A stretch of 57,819 nucleotides of DNA from a virus (taxonomy: Duplodnaviria > Caudoviricetes). The position numbers were made by a program, and so were the translations under genes. How positions within the stretch are numbered: position 1 is the first letter of the stretch; every line of letters starts with the position of its first letter. Location of the stretch: IMG/VR virus record IMGVR_UViG_3300031965_000034, positions 1 through 57,819 of that record; one strand, given 5' to 3'. Of the stretch, positions 36,985 through 44,722 are shown piece by piece. The notes beneath the pieces were generated by a model. That model saw only the letters and a list, made by a program, of their open reading frames with translations. It was not told the DNA's origin and did not search any database.

Positions 36985-37239
36985 TCAGATCCACGGCCAG
37001 TCCCCGTGGGCGTCCTCTACGCCGTGATCGTGGAACCCAGTGAAGGCCGCCCACCACGGACGGGAACAACGGGTATGGCGCTCAAACCGACGCTCTCCGG
37101 TCTCAGCGTCGAAGGGCTGGTATCTGTCCGTCTCGACGCTGATCTGCATCGAGCGTCCGCACTGACGACAATGCATCGGGGGCGTGGGACCACGGTGCGA
37201 TCCGTGCCGGTACTGGAGGCCGAAGTTCGGGGGGGTCAT
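36985..37239 (-). CDS. Small zinc-binding protein
   Basis: HCRQCG...C...HDH. Confidence 0.55.
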   Translation of the reverse strand: MTPPNFGLQYRHGSHRGPTPPMHCRQCGRSMQISVETDRYQPFDAETGERRFERHTRCSRPWWAAFTGFHDHGVEDAHGDWPWI

Positions 37240-37736
37240 CGGATCGTGCTCCGGAGGACGAAGCACGCGATGTGCCGTCCGGTGCCGTTGCCGGGAGTCC
37301 CGTCCTCAGTGGCGAGCCACCGCACGTCCCCGAGGTTGCGGACCTCCGCTCCGACCGCGTCCAAGAGCATCAGGACCCACTTGTCGATCGGGTAGACGAA
37401 GACGACCGTCTTGCCCTTCCGATGCTCGGTGATGGCCTTGCGAACCCAGGCCGTCGGCCCCTTCTTTCGACCTTCGTGGATGATCGAGCCGAACGGCGGG
37501 TTGACGTAGTTGGAGGAACCCCACTCGCACGTCAGCCCATCGAAGCCGTCGGGTAGGGGATAGGGGCAGGGATCGAAGTCGAAGTGGAACTCGGCATCGA
37601 GGGCCGCGTACAGGTCGGGCGGAGTCAGCCAGTAGTGCTTGCCGTCCGCCCCGTTCCCGGCGTGAAACTTGTTCGTGATGACGAGCTTCGTGATGATCGG
37701 CTCGGGATCCCAGAACGTCCGCGCCGAGGTGTTCAT
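37236..37736 (-). CDS. Phage N6-adenine DNA methyltransferase
   Basis: WLTPPDLY...FDFDPCP...YVNPPFG. Confidence 0.85.
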   Translation of the reverse strand: MNTSARTFWDPEPIITKLVITNKFHAGNGADGKHYWLTPPDLYAALDAEFHFDFDPCPYPLPDGFDGLTCEWGSSNYVNPPFGSIIHEGRKKGPTAWVRKAITEHRKGKTVVFVYPIDKWVLMLLDAVGAEVRNLGDVRWLATEDGTPGNGTGRHIACFVLRSTIR

Positions 37737-37830
37737 CGGATCGCCCCGAGCGCCCATCCAAGGAAGAGGAGCGCGCCCAGCCAGAAGGCCGCGAGTCCGG
37801 CGGCGAGGAGGGCGTAGGTCTTGGTGCGGG

Positions 37831-38040
37831 TCATCGGTGAGCGTCCGACCGAATGCGCCAGTCAAGGCCAACGCGGACGAACGCCAGCACCCACCACACC
37901 GCCATGAGGAGCGCCCCGACGAAGACCGACAAGAGAACGCCGCGCCAATCGCCAGCGAGCCCGGCATCCCATGCGCGGGCAAACTGGTTGCCGAACACGA
38001 CCCAGGGAATGAGGTAGTCGCGCTGTCGAAGGGCGCTCAC
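37831..38040 (-). CDS. Small membrane protein
   Basis: TM helix; coupled. Confidence 0.5.
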   Translation of the reverse strand: MSALRQRDYLIPWVVFGNQFARAWDAGLAGDWRGVLLSVFVGALLMAVWWVLAFVRVGLDWRIRSDAHR

Positions 38041-38533
38041 CGGATCACCCCCACCGTCTGTCCAAGAACGGCGTAGACCCAGATCAACGACCCGTGGAGG
38101 GTGGCGGTACCCATGACGAGGGCTGCCCGGAGAACCGCGCGGGTTATCACGGGAGCCACCGACCGGGCGGCACGATCCCGTCGTAGAAGTCGTCGACGTC
38201 CTCTTGGAGGATCGGCCCGGTCCGCTGCATCTGGTAGACGTTCGGGTCGACCCAGCGGGCGAGGGCTCGGAGGAAGTCGGCGATCCGGCGCCTCACAGGA
38301 CGCCCCGGAGGAACAGCGCGAGGCTTCCGAGAGCGAGCGCCAGTGCGCCGACGCGCATTGCGAGAGCAAGCCGGGGCCGACCCATTCCGGCCCAGATCGC
38401 CCCGCACATGGCCCACGCCAAGGCGCAGGCAATCCAGCCGAAGGCGAGGACCACGAACGTGTTCATCGTGCCCCTCCCCCGACCGGCACTCCGCCGTCGA
38501 TGACGAGGGCTGCCCGGAGGAAGGCGCGGGCGA

Positions 38534-38926
38534 TCACGACGGGTCCTCCACCGGCTCTCCCGGGTGGACGCGGGCGACGTGGCGCGCGAGGTCCCGGAGG
38601 TGCTGGCCGCACAGCGGGCACTCGCCCTCGATGACGCGCTTGCGGAGCCGCGTGACGTGGCCCTTGGTCGCCCGCAGGGACGCCTCAGCGCCGTCAGCAC
38701 GGGCACGTTCGGCGGCGAGACTGTCCTCGGCCCACTTCCGAAGTCGGGCCTGCTTCTGCGCCTCCGTCTCGCCGATGTAGTGGCGGGCGTGACCATTCGG
38801 GCAGTACCAGTCGCGGGTGTGGTCCCGGTGGCACTGGTCGTCCAACTCCTGGGGCATCGCGAACGGGACACCGCAACCGCCGCAGACCATGTCCACGAGG
38901 ACTCCGGTGTAGTAGCGCGTGGTCAT
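38534..38926 (-). CDS. Zinc finger / coiled-coil / C2H2 protein
   Basis: CGGC...YCPNGH; coiled coil; CPLC...HVARVH. Confidence 0.75.
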   Translation of the reverse strand: MTTRYYTGVLVDMVCGGCGVPFAMPQELDDQCHRDHTRDWYCPNGHARHYIGETEAQKQARLRKWAEDSLAAERARADGAEASLRATKGHVTRLRKRVIEGECPLCGQHLRDLARHVARVHPGEPVEDPS

Positions 38927-39135
38927 CGCTGCGTCCCTCCCGCGACCGGCACTCCGCCGTCGATACGCGCCGGCAGCTCGTTCTCACGGGCAAGCCGGAC
39001 CCACGTCGGGACGTAGGGGCCGATGAGGATGGCGTCCGTGCATTCGCGGCAGAACGTCGCTCGGAGTTCGGGGTCGCTGGGCCAGTAGGGGCTACGGCTG
39101 CAGCCGGGTGTTCGGCAGGGACGGGGGGCGGTCAC
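38923..39135 (-). CDS. Small zinc-binding protein
   Basis: CRTPGC...FCREC. Confidence 0.55.
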   Translation of the reverse strand: MTAPRPCRTPGCSRSPYWPSDPELRATFCRECTDAILIGPYVPTWVRLARENELPARIDGGVPVAGGTQR

Positions 39136-39431
39136 GGCTGGGTCTCCGAGAGGCGAGCAGCGAGAGCTCGGAGAGCAGCGGCGGGGGTGTCGGCGTCGGC
39201 ATCGACGAATACGGCCGTGCCCATGACCTCGGGGCAGGCGTGGGCACGCGGCCCATCTGCGCCGCCGCTATCAACGTTTAGGTGCCACCCGTCCGGTAGC
39301 GCCGCCTCGGCCTCGGCCCACGCCGCGTCCAGCGAGTCCACTGGCGCGTAGGACTGCGTCCCTTCGTCGGAGGACACGACCCGGACCGGGGAGCCGCAGC
39401 ATCCACAGGTCCGGGGGAGGGGAGCGGTCAT
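39132..39431 (-). CDS. Hypothetical protein
   Basis: SLDAAWAEAEAALP...TPAAALRALA domain. Confidence 0.65.
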   Translation of the reverse strand: MTAPLPRTCGCCGSPVRVVSSDEGTQSYAPVDSLDAAWAEAEAALPDGWHLNVDSGGADGPRAHACPEVMGTAVFVDADADTPAAALRALAARLSETQP

Positions 39432-39763
39432 CGGGGGACCTCTCGCTCACCGTGTGTGCGCTCGTGCTCGGCCTGTGCGACACCGTCCCGCCAGCCCCGC
39501 TGGTACGGCGCGGTTCGACCGACATCGTCGTGCGGGTAGAACCGGATGCGACAGTCAGCACACGCCCACAGGACAGCGCCCGGTGCGAGCGCATTGCTGA
39601 ACGTCACGACCTGTTCATGGCGGCAGGGGAGGGGAGCGGTATCCAGAACGGGCTCCAAAACACCATCGGACGGCAGCGGGTGAGAGCCGACTGGGGCGGT
39701 CGCCGCCGCACGAACCGGGGTGTCCTGCGAGGCCGTGGAGAGGTCTGCAAAACCTCTATTCAT
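39428..39763 (-). CDS. Hypothetical protein probably starting inside attP
   Basis: ATGAATAG overlap with upstream stop; CRH...CADC; start uncertain. Confidence 0.45.
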   Translation of the reverse strand: MNRGFADLSTASQDTPVRAAATAPVGSHPLPSDGVLEPVLDTAPLPCRHEQVVTFSNALAPGAVLWACADCRIRFYPHDDVGRTAPYQRGWRDGVAQAEHERTHGEREVPR

Positions 39764-39789
39764 CGGTTCGAATCCGATCGTCGCCTCCA
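39738..39789 (+). other. attP core: 3' two-thirds of a tRNA-Cys(GCA)
   Basis: Anticodon arm GAGGT-CTGCAAA-ACCTC, T-arm ATCGG-TTCGAAT-CCGAT, CGTCGCC-T-CCA; no 5' acceptor strand or D-arm upstream. Confidence 0.85.
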
Positions 39790-39968
39790 CCATTCCGGTT
39801 CTTGTGACCAGAACGGAGGGCAGATAGGCCCGCACTACCCTGCGGGAGCAGCATCACGGCGAGACGGCGCAGGACCGCGGGATCCTGAACGTGTCGTGGC
39901 AAACCCTGGGCCAATCGTGACCGCTCCACGAGGTTAGCAGCAGCCCGGCGGAGCTCGTCTTCCGTCAT
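39756..39968 (-). CDS. Hypothetical protein ending within attP
   Basis: MTEDELRRAAA...; ATGA-coupled. Confidence 0.55.
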   Translation of the reverse strand: MTEDELRRAAANLVERSRLAQGLPRHVQDPAVLRRLAVMLLPQGSAGLSALRSGHKNRNGGGDDRIRTDE

Positions 39969-40162
39969 CCGCCCGCCGCCAATCGTGCCTCTTCGGCATG
40001 CTTGCGGGCGTTGAGTAGGGCCATGATGACGGCGCGTTCGTCGGGGTCGAGCGAGTCCAGCCGCGGGGGGCCATCGGTGCACACATGCTCGGGCGCATGA
40101 GGATGGGGCTTGTCGCAACTGCATCGGTACATGCGTGGGACTCCGTGAGAACAGGTGCTCAT
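39965..40162 (-). CDS. Small hypothetical protein
   Basis: Coupled ORF; Cys/His-rich N-terminus. Confidence 0.55.
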   Translation of the reverse strand: MSTCSHGVPRMYRCSCDKPHPHAPEHVCTDGPPRLDSLDPDERAVIMALLNARKHAEEARLAAGG

Positions 40163-40896
40163 GCCGCGAACCTCACGTCATTCAGACAGGCTGCATGTCG
40201 TTCAGCCAGGATCTCGATCGCCTTTTCGTGGAGTGCGAAGGTCCGGGCACTTCCCTCTAGGCCCTTCATGAGCAGAGCCATCCGCTGGTGATGATCCTCG
40301 ATGCTCGCGGCACCCCATGTCGTGGCACGGCCGTCGCCGAGTGAGAACGAGGAGCCGAGCAACTCCACGGTGAGCTCCAAGCGGACGTTCTGACGGAAGT
40401 CCTCCATGAAGGCCGCGATGCGTCCCCAGCCATACCGGCGGTCGTATTCGAGCGGATCCTCTTCGGCGAGCCGTTCTCGCTCCGCCCTGGATTCTGCGTC
40501 GGCCTTCCGCTGTTCCTCGTGGCGCTGACCTTCGGGTGTCTCAGTCACCCAGCGTCGATACTCCCGCGAGTTGCGGGGAGCGAACCATGGGCTCGCCGCC
40601 CATTCCGCGCGCCTAGCCTCCCGCTCTGCCTCATTGGCGGCCTGACGTTCAGGCCACGATGCAATCGCCGCTTCCCTCTCGGCCGCCAACGTGGCGCGAT
40701 GCTCAATCTCACGCGCCCGACCTCGCCGTCGCCACTCAATCCGGTCGGCCAGCAGCGCCGCCAACAGGGCTGTGCGCTCGCTAGCGCGCAGCGTCCTCAC
40801 GGCCTTGTCAGCGACCCACTCCGGGGCATGGTCGGGGAACTCATCGTCGAAACGTGCGGCCAGCAGTCCGACGGTAAGATCAGGGCTTTCGCTCAC
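40159..40896 (-). CDS. Hypothetical protein
   Basis: 245-aa coupled ORF; coiled coil. Confidence 0.7.
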   Translation of the reverse strand: MSESPDLTVGLLAARFDDEFPDHAPEWVADKAVRTLRASERTALLAALLADRIEWRRRGRAREIEHRATLAAEREAAIASWPERQAANEAEREARRAEWAASPWFAPRNSREYRRWVTETPEGQRHEEQRKADAESRAERERLAEEDPLEYDRRYGWGRIAAFMEDFRQNVRLELTVELLGSSFSLGDGRATTWGAASIEDHHQRMALLMKGLEGSARTFALHEKAIEILAERHAACLNDVRFAA

Positions 40897-41432
40897 GCCA
40901 GCGCCTCCTGCATCCGCTCCGCGGCATCCCGCGAAAGCTCGGGGACCCGGTGCCCTCCGAGTGCCGCTTGGAGCCGGTTCGCCGCGTCGACCTTTCGATG
41001 CCAGCGGAGATACTCGGAGGCGGCCAGGGCGATCTCGGGGCTATCCGACATAAGAGCGATCGCCGTGTTGCATCGAGAGCAGAGGAGCGCCCGCGACCGG
41101 GAACTGTCGTGGTCGTGATCGATGCTCAGACGACGCACTCGACCCTTCGCGCTCTTGGAACTCTCCGGCCGGCGGCAGATGGCACAAAGCCCGCGCTGTG
41201 CTCGGAAGAGTCGCTCGTACTCATCTCTCGGCAAGAGCGTGACGGTATGGATACCAGCATCCCGGCGGCGTTGCGTGTTCAGACGCTTCAGCTCATGGGC
41301 TCGGGCCTTCTCTTCCGGGGTCCGCTTCTGGCGACGTGCCCGCTCCTGTTCCAACTGGCGAGCCTTGACGCCCGGACGGCGGCGATACTCGGCCATATAC
41401 AGCCGGCGGCGCTCAGTCTGTTCGGGCGTCAT
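40893..41432 (-). CDS. Endonuclease VII-domain protein (probably a free-standing homing endonuclease)
   Basis: QRGLCAIC...LSIDHDH...RALLCSRCN. Confidence 0.88.
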   Translation of the reverse strand: MTPEQTERRRLYMAEYRRRPGVKARQLEQERARRQKRTPEEKARAHELKRLNTQRRRDAGIHTVTLLPRDEYERLFRAQRGLCAICRRPESSKSAKGRVRRLSIDHDHDSSRSRALLCSRCNTAIALMSDSPEIALAASEYLRWHRKVDAANRLQAALGGHRVPELSRDAAERMQEALA

Positions 41433-42691
41433 CCGAGGGCCTCTTGCATCTTGTCGGCTGCTTCCCGGGCCATCTCAGGGATACGCCCGACGTAGATGTC
41501 CATCGTGACCCTCACGGTCGAGTGGCCCAAGATCCGACTCACGACCGGCAGCGGCACCCCGACCCCAAACAGGACGGTCGCGCACGAGTGCCGGAGGTCG
41601 TGCAAGCCAACCCGAGGCAGCCCCGCCGCCGCCAGGTCCGCCCGCAGTCGCGGCAGGAGGTTCGTCGCGTGGTGCGGCATCCCCCGCTCGGTCGTGAAGA
41701 CCAGCCCCTCGAGGCCAGTCGCGCCGCGGTCGGATGCCTGCTGCTCGCGCTGCGTTCGGAGGGCGTCGACGCCGAGCTGAGTCAGCGGGATCGTTCGCCG
41801 GCCCTTGGCCGTCTTCGGTGGGCGGAGCTGCCACTCGCCGTCGACCCGCTGGAGGGCGTGGCGGACGGTGATCGCGGCGGAAACACCTCGTCCACCATCG
41901 TCTGCGACAACCCGGCTTTGACCGCCTCCGACCGCATCGCTTCGTAGATCCGATCCTGTATCTCGCGTTCTAGCTCCGGCGGCCAGCGTCGCGGCATGAG
42001 CGGCATCGGTCCCTCCAAAGGTGACGTCCCCCCACGCCAGCCCCAGCGCCTCGGAGATCCGCAGCCCGGTCGTCACGAGGATCGTCCAGAGCGGCCCGTA
42101 GCGGGTGCCACGGGTGCTGTCGAGGAGGACGCGGGCCTGGGCGGCGTCGAGGATGGGGCGCTCGCGGTGGGGGAGTTTCGGTGCTTCTGCGAGAGCCGCA
42201 ACGTTTCGAGAGACAAGTCCATCTCGGACAGCATCGGCGAGTGCCCGGCGGAGAGTGGCCCGATGATGACGGCGTGTTTGTCCGTCGAGTACGGGTAGAC
42301 GTTGACGACCGTCCATACCGCCGCTTCGATGGTCCGCCTCTTGGTCCAGGAACTCACGAACGTCCCCGATTGACAAGTCGGACAACCGACGAGCACCCAA
42401 TATCGGCGCGATGTGGACGCGGATGATCGACTCGTGCTTTCGCCACGTCGCCGGAGCGAGTCGAGGACGGACATCACTCACCCACCGCTCTAGGTAGTCC
42501 CCAAGCCGGATACGGCTCGCGTCGATCGCCTCGGCGCTGAGGGCGCGCTGCATGGCGCGGAGTTCGGCGAGGGCTTCGGGCCGCGTCTTCGCCTGCCGCC
42601 GTCGGCGACGTCCGTCGGGCAGACTGATCGCCGCCACCCAGACGCCCCGCGCCTTGTGCCAGTACAGGGACCCCTCGTGGTGCGAACGCAC
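41429..42691 (-). CDS. int: Tyrosine integrase
   Basis: EGSLY arm-binding start; TGLRISE, KT, HDLRH, LGHS and Y catalytic residues all present. Confidence 0.95.
   Translation of the reverse strand: MRSHHEGSLYWHKARGVWVAAISLPDGRRRRRQAKTRPEALAELRAMQRALSAEAIDASRIRLGDYLERWVSDVRPRLAPATWRKHESIIRVHIAPILGARRLSDLSIGDVREFLDQEADHRSGGMDGRQRLPVLDGQTRRHHRATLRRALADAVRDGLVSRNVAALAEAPKLPHRERPILDAAQARVLLDSTRGTRYGPLWTILVTTGLRISEALGLAWGDVTFGGTDAAHAATLAAGARTRDTGSDLRSDAVGGGQSRVVADDGGRGVSAAITVRHALQRVDGEWQLRPPKTAKGRRTIPLTQLGVDALRTQREQQASDRGATGLEGLVFTTERGMPHHATNLLPRLRADLAAAGLPRVGLHDLRHSCATVLFGVGVPLPVVSRILGHSTVRVTMDIYVGRIPEMAREAADKMQEALG
41782..42006 (-). CDS. Candidate overprinted ORF inside int (+1 frame)
   Basis: GGAGG RBS; amphipathic LEREIQDRIYEAMRSEAVKAGLSQTMVDEVF coincides with an insertion in Int. 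Confidence 0.55.
   Translation of the reverse strand: MPLMPRRWPPELEREIQDRIYEAMRSEAVKAGLSQTMVDEVFPPRSPSATPSSGSTASGSSAHRRRPRAGERSR
42073..42477 (-). CDS. Candidate overprinted ORF inside int (+1 frame)
   Basis: GTGA-coupled to xis stop; genome-typical codons; CPTC; protein-like core. Confidence 0.55.
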   Translation of the reverse strand: MMSVLDSLRRRGESTSRSSASTSRRYWVLVGCPTCQSGTFVSSWTKRRTIEAAVWTVVNVYPYSTDKHAVIIGPLSAGHSPMLSEMDLSLETLRLSQKHRNSPTASAPSSTPPRPASSSTAPVAPATGRSGRSS

Positions 42692-42854
42692 GCCCGGTAT
42701 CGTACCCCCCGAGGTAGGCCCGGAGCGCGTCTTCGGAGAACCGCAGCGCCCGCCCGAGCCGGGCATGGGGAAGCCGGCCCGCTCGTGCCTCGGCGTACAC
42801 CGTGTCAGTCGAGACACGAAGGAACGCGGCGGCTTCGCGGGCGTTGAGCGTCAC
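42474..42854 (-). CDS. xis: Excisionase-like HTH_17 protein
   Basis: LNAREAAAFLRVSTDTVY...GRLPHARLGRALRF; GTGA-coupled to cro. Confidence 0.85.
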   Translation of the reverse strand: MTLNAREAAAFLRVSTDTVYAEARAGRLPHARLGRALRFSEDALRAYLGGYDTGRAFAPRGVPVLAQGAGRLGGGDQSARRTSPTAAGEDAARSPRRTPRHAARPQRRGDRREPYPAWGLPRAVGE

Positions 42855-43072
42855 GCCACGGCCCCATCGACCACGTCGGGGTGGAGGCGCGACAGCGCGC
42901 GGCATAGGTCGATGACTGACGCCTGCCAGTCCTCAGGTGCCCGTCGCTGGCCCTTGCTGTAGGCATAGACGGTGTTGACGGATCGCCCGGTGGCGGCGGC
43001 AATCTGGGTGAGCGTCAGGCCGCTGTCGTGAACAGCTCTGCGCCACGGGTCCATCTCGCTGCGTCTCTTCAT
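42851..43072 (-). CDS. Cro-like HTH protein
   Basis: GLTLTQIAAATGRSVNTVYAYSKG; divergent from repressor. Confidence 0.8.
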   Translation of the reverse strand: MKRRSEMDPWRRAVHDSGLTLTQIAAATGRSVNTVYAYSKGQRRAPEDWQASVIDLCRALSRLHPDVVDGAVA

Positions 43073-43080
43073 GGCACAGA

Positions 43081-43110
43081 ACAGTAACGGTACCGGCACA
43101 GGTCTGTCAA
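43081..43110 (-). promoter_or_regulatory. Leftward early promoter, probably near-leaderless cro mRNA
   Basis: TTGACA-18 nt-TACTGT, with ATG 8 nt after the -10 box. Confidence 0.7.
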
Positions 43111-43166
43111 CCCGATTGCACAGCGCGTTCGCGCTCAGGCGGTGCAGCGGTGCACCGGAATGATGG

Positions 43167-43195
43167 TTGCATTCTTGTACCGCGCCCGGTACAGT
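43167..43195 (+). promoter_or_regulatory. Repressor promoter with overlapping palindromic operator
   Basis: TTGCAT-17 nt-TACAGT; TGTACCG-CGCC-CGGTACA at 43176-43193. Confidence 0.7.
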
Positions 43196-43234
43196 TCGCG
43201 CCTGAGCGCGCGTCTAGGTCAGGAAGTACCCCCG

Positions 43235-43669
43235 TTGACTGACGACCAGATCAAGCCCGGCGAGCGGTTCAAGCGCGCGGTCTTCGCGGCTGCCGCCTAC
43301 CAGGGCATCAAGGGCTCGGAACCGGCGATCGTACGCGCGACCGGCGTAGCCCGGAACACGCTGCGCCGACTGTTCGCGGGTCAATCGCCAGATGGGCAGA
43401 CCCTGGAGAAGATCGCGGCGGGCCTCAATACAACGCCGGGACGCCTACTTGCAGCGAGGGAGGGGCGGTCTACTGGCGGTCTAGAGCAGATCGCTTTGGA
43501 AATCCAGTGGCTCCGCGAGGCACTCGTGCCGGGTCTGCTCGATGATGTCGTCGAGGCCGGCGACGTGGAAGGAAGTCGTCGACTTCGTAGCCGAGCTCGA
43601 TCAGGGCCACCCCGGCCCGCTCGACAGCCTGGGCGACGTCCTCTCGCAGACGGAGCAGAACGCGGATGA
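43235..43669 (+). CDS. CI-like XRE-family repressor
   Basis: AIVRATGVARNTLRRLFAG.SPD..TLEKIAAGL; AGGAAG RBS with TTG start. Confidence 0.8.
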   Translation: MTDDQIKPGERFKRAVFAAAAYQGIKGSEPAIVRATGVARNTLRRLFAGQSPDGQTLEKIAAGLNTTPGRLLAAREGRSTGGLEQIALEIQWLREALVPGLLDDVVEAGDVEGSRRLRSRARSGPPRPARQPGRRPLADGAERG

Positions 43670-43810
43670 CTCGCGGATCAGACCACACGGATAAGACCTC
43701 CGCGCGCGCTCGGAATGGATGATTCCGGCGGGGGTTCCCGGACCTCCGCGATGAAGGGCTAAGGGTACGCCGTGAGGGAGCGGGGGACAGTGGGGAAAAC
43801 CCTCACGGAC

Positions 43811-44722
43811 ATGCCGAAACAGGCCCCCGAGGGGGCGGTCCGGGGTACGTTCGCCTGGCGCGTGCTGGCGCCGCTCCTCAGCCTCGGCGGCTACGCCCTG
43901 ACTCTCGGCATCCTCGCCTGGGGCTTCAGCACGGGCGCGTTCCACATTCCCGGCGGCGACGCCCTGATCTGGGACCGGGTAGGGGATGCCCTCCGCTCGG
44001 GCGCCGAGGTCTACGTCCGAACCCCGACGCTCTCGGACACCTTCTGGTACTCCCCGCCGTGGGCCGTCCTGTTCGCGGTCGTCTCGTGGTTGCCGGTGCA
44101 GGTGACGGCCCTCGCCATCATCGTCTGCGAAGTCGCGTCCCTCCGCTACATCGCCGGCTCGTGGCTCCGGGTCGGCTACCTCTGCTGGTTCCCGCTCGTG
44201 GCCTTCGAGCTGCCGTCGTCGCAGTTCAACCTCATCATGGCCGCCGCCATCGCCGCTGCGCTCCGGGGTGATCCGCGGCTCGCGGTCGTGATGGGCACAG
44301 CAAAACTAGGCCCCATCCTAGCGATCCGCGACGGCTGGCGTCGGGCGGTGCCGGTGGGGCTGCTGCTCTGTGTGGTCACGATCCCGTGGCTCGGGCTCTG
44401 GCCGGCGTGGGTCGGGCACCTCATGTCGAGCTACGGGGCGAACCTCGCGCCGGGTGCGACGATCCTCATCCCGTTCGCACCCCGACTCATGGTAGCTCTG
44501 GCACTGGTCCTGTACGGCCGCCCGTGGGCGCGGGGCCTCGCGGCGATGGTCGCGGTGCCGTCGCTCTACTGGGTGTCGGCGGTCATGCTGCTCGGGCTCG
44601 CTGGCGATGCTCGTCGGGGTGGTGCCGTTGCTCAGGCCAGCAGCCCGCTCACCAGTCCCCCGGGAGTTTTAGGTAGGTCACGGTGCCCCGACCCTCCGCC
44701 TGTCCGACGCCCTGGATCTTGA
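43811..44722 (+). CDS. Multi-pass membrane glycosyltransferase (GT-C, GT87/DUF2029-like)
   Basis: GGD..I, FWYSPPWAVLF and AKLGP motifs; many TM helices. Confidence 0.7.
   Translation: MPKQAPEGAVRGTFAWRVLAPLLSLGGYALTLGILAWGFSTGAFHIPGGDALIWDRVGDALRSGAEVYVRTPTLSDTFWYSPPWAVLFAVVSWLPVQVTALAIIVCEVASLRYIAGSWLRVGYLCWFPLVAFELPSSQFNLIMAAAIAAALRGDPRLAVVMGTAKLGPILAIRDGWRRAVPVGLLLCVVTIPWLGLWPAWVGHLMSSYGANLAPGATILIPFAPRLMVALALVLYGRPWARGLAAMVAVPSLYWVSAVMLLGLAGDARRGGAVAQASSPLTSPPGVLGRSRCPDPPPVRRPGS

Noticed and set aside
39700-39789. Complete phage tRNA-Cys gene
   Set aside because: No 5' GGCGACG acceptor strand or D-arm upstream; better explained as the attP core
41475-41834. Third overprinted ORF in int
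   Set aside because: Composition is typical off-frame Arg/Ala/Gly/Pro, with no coupling and no local codon shift
42690-42715. Xis-Int fusion by frameshift at the G-run
   Set aside because: int has its own plausible GTG start and xis continues to a coupled stop; cannot be excluded, but there is no positive support
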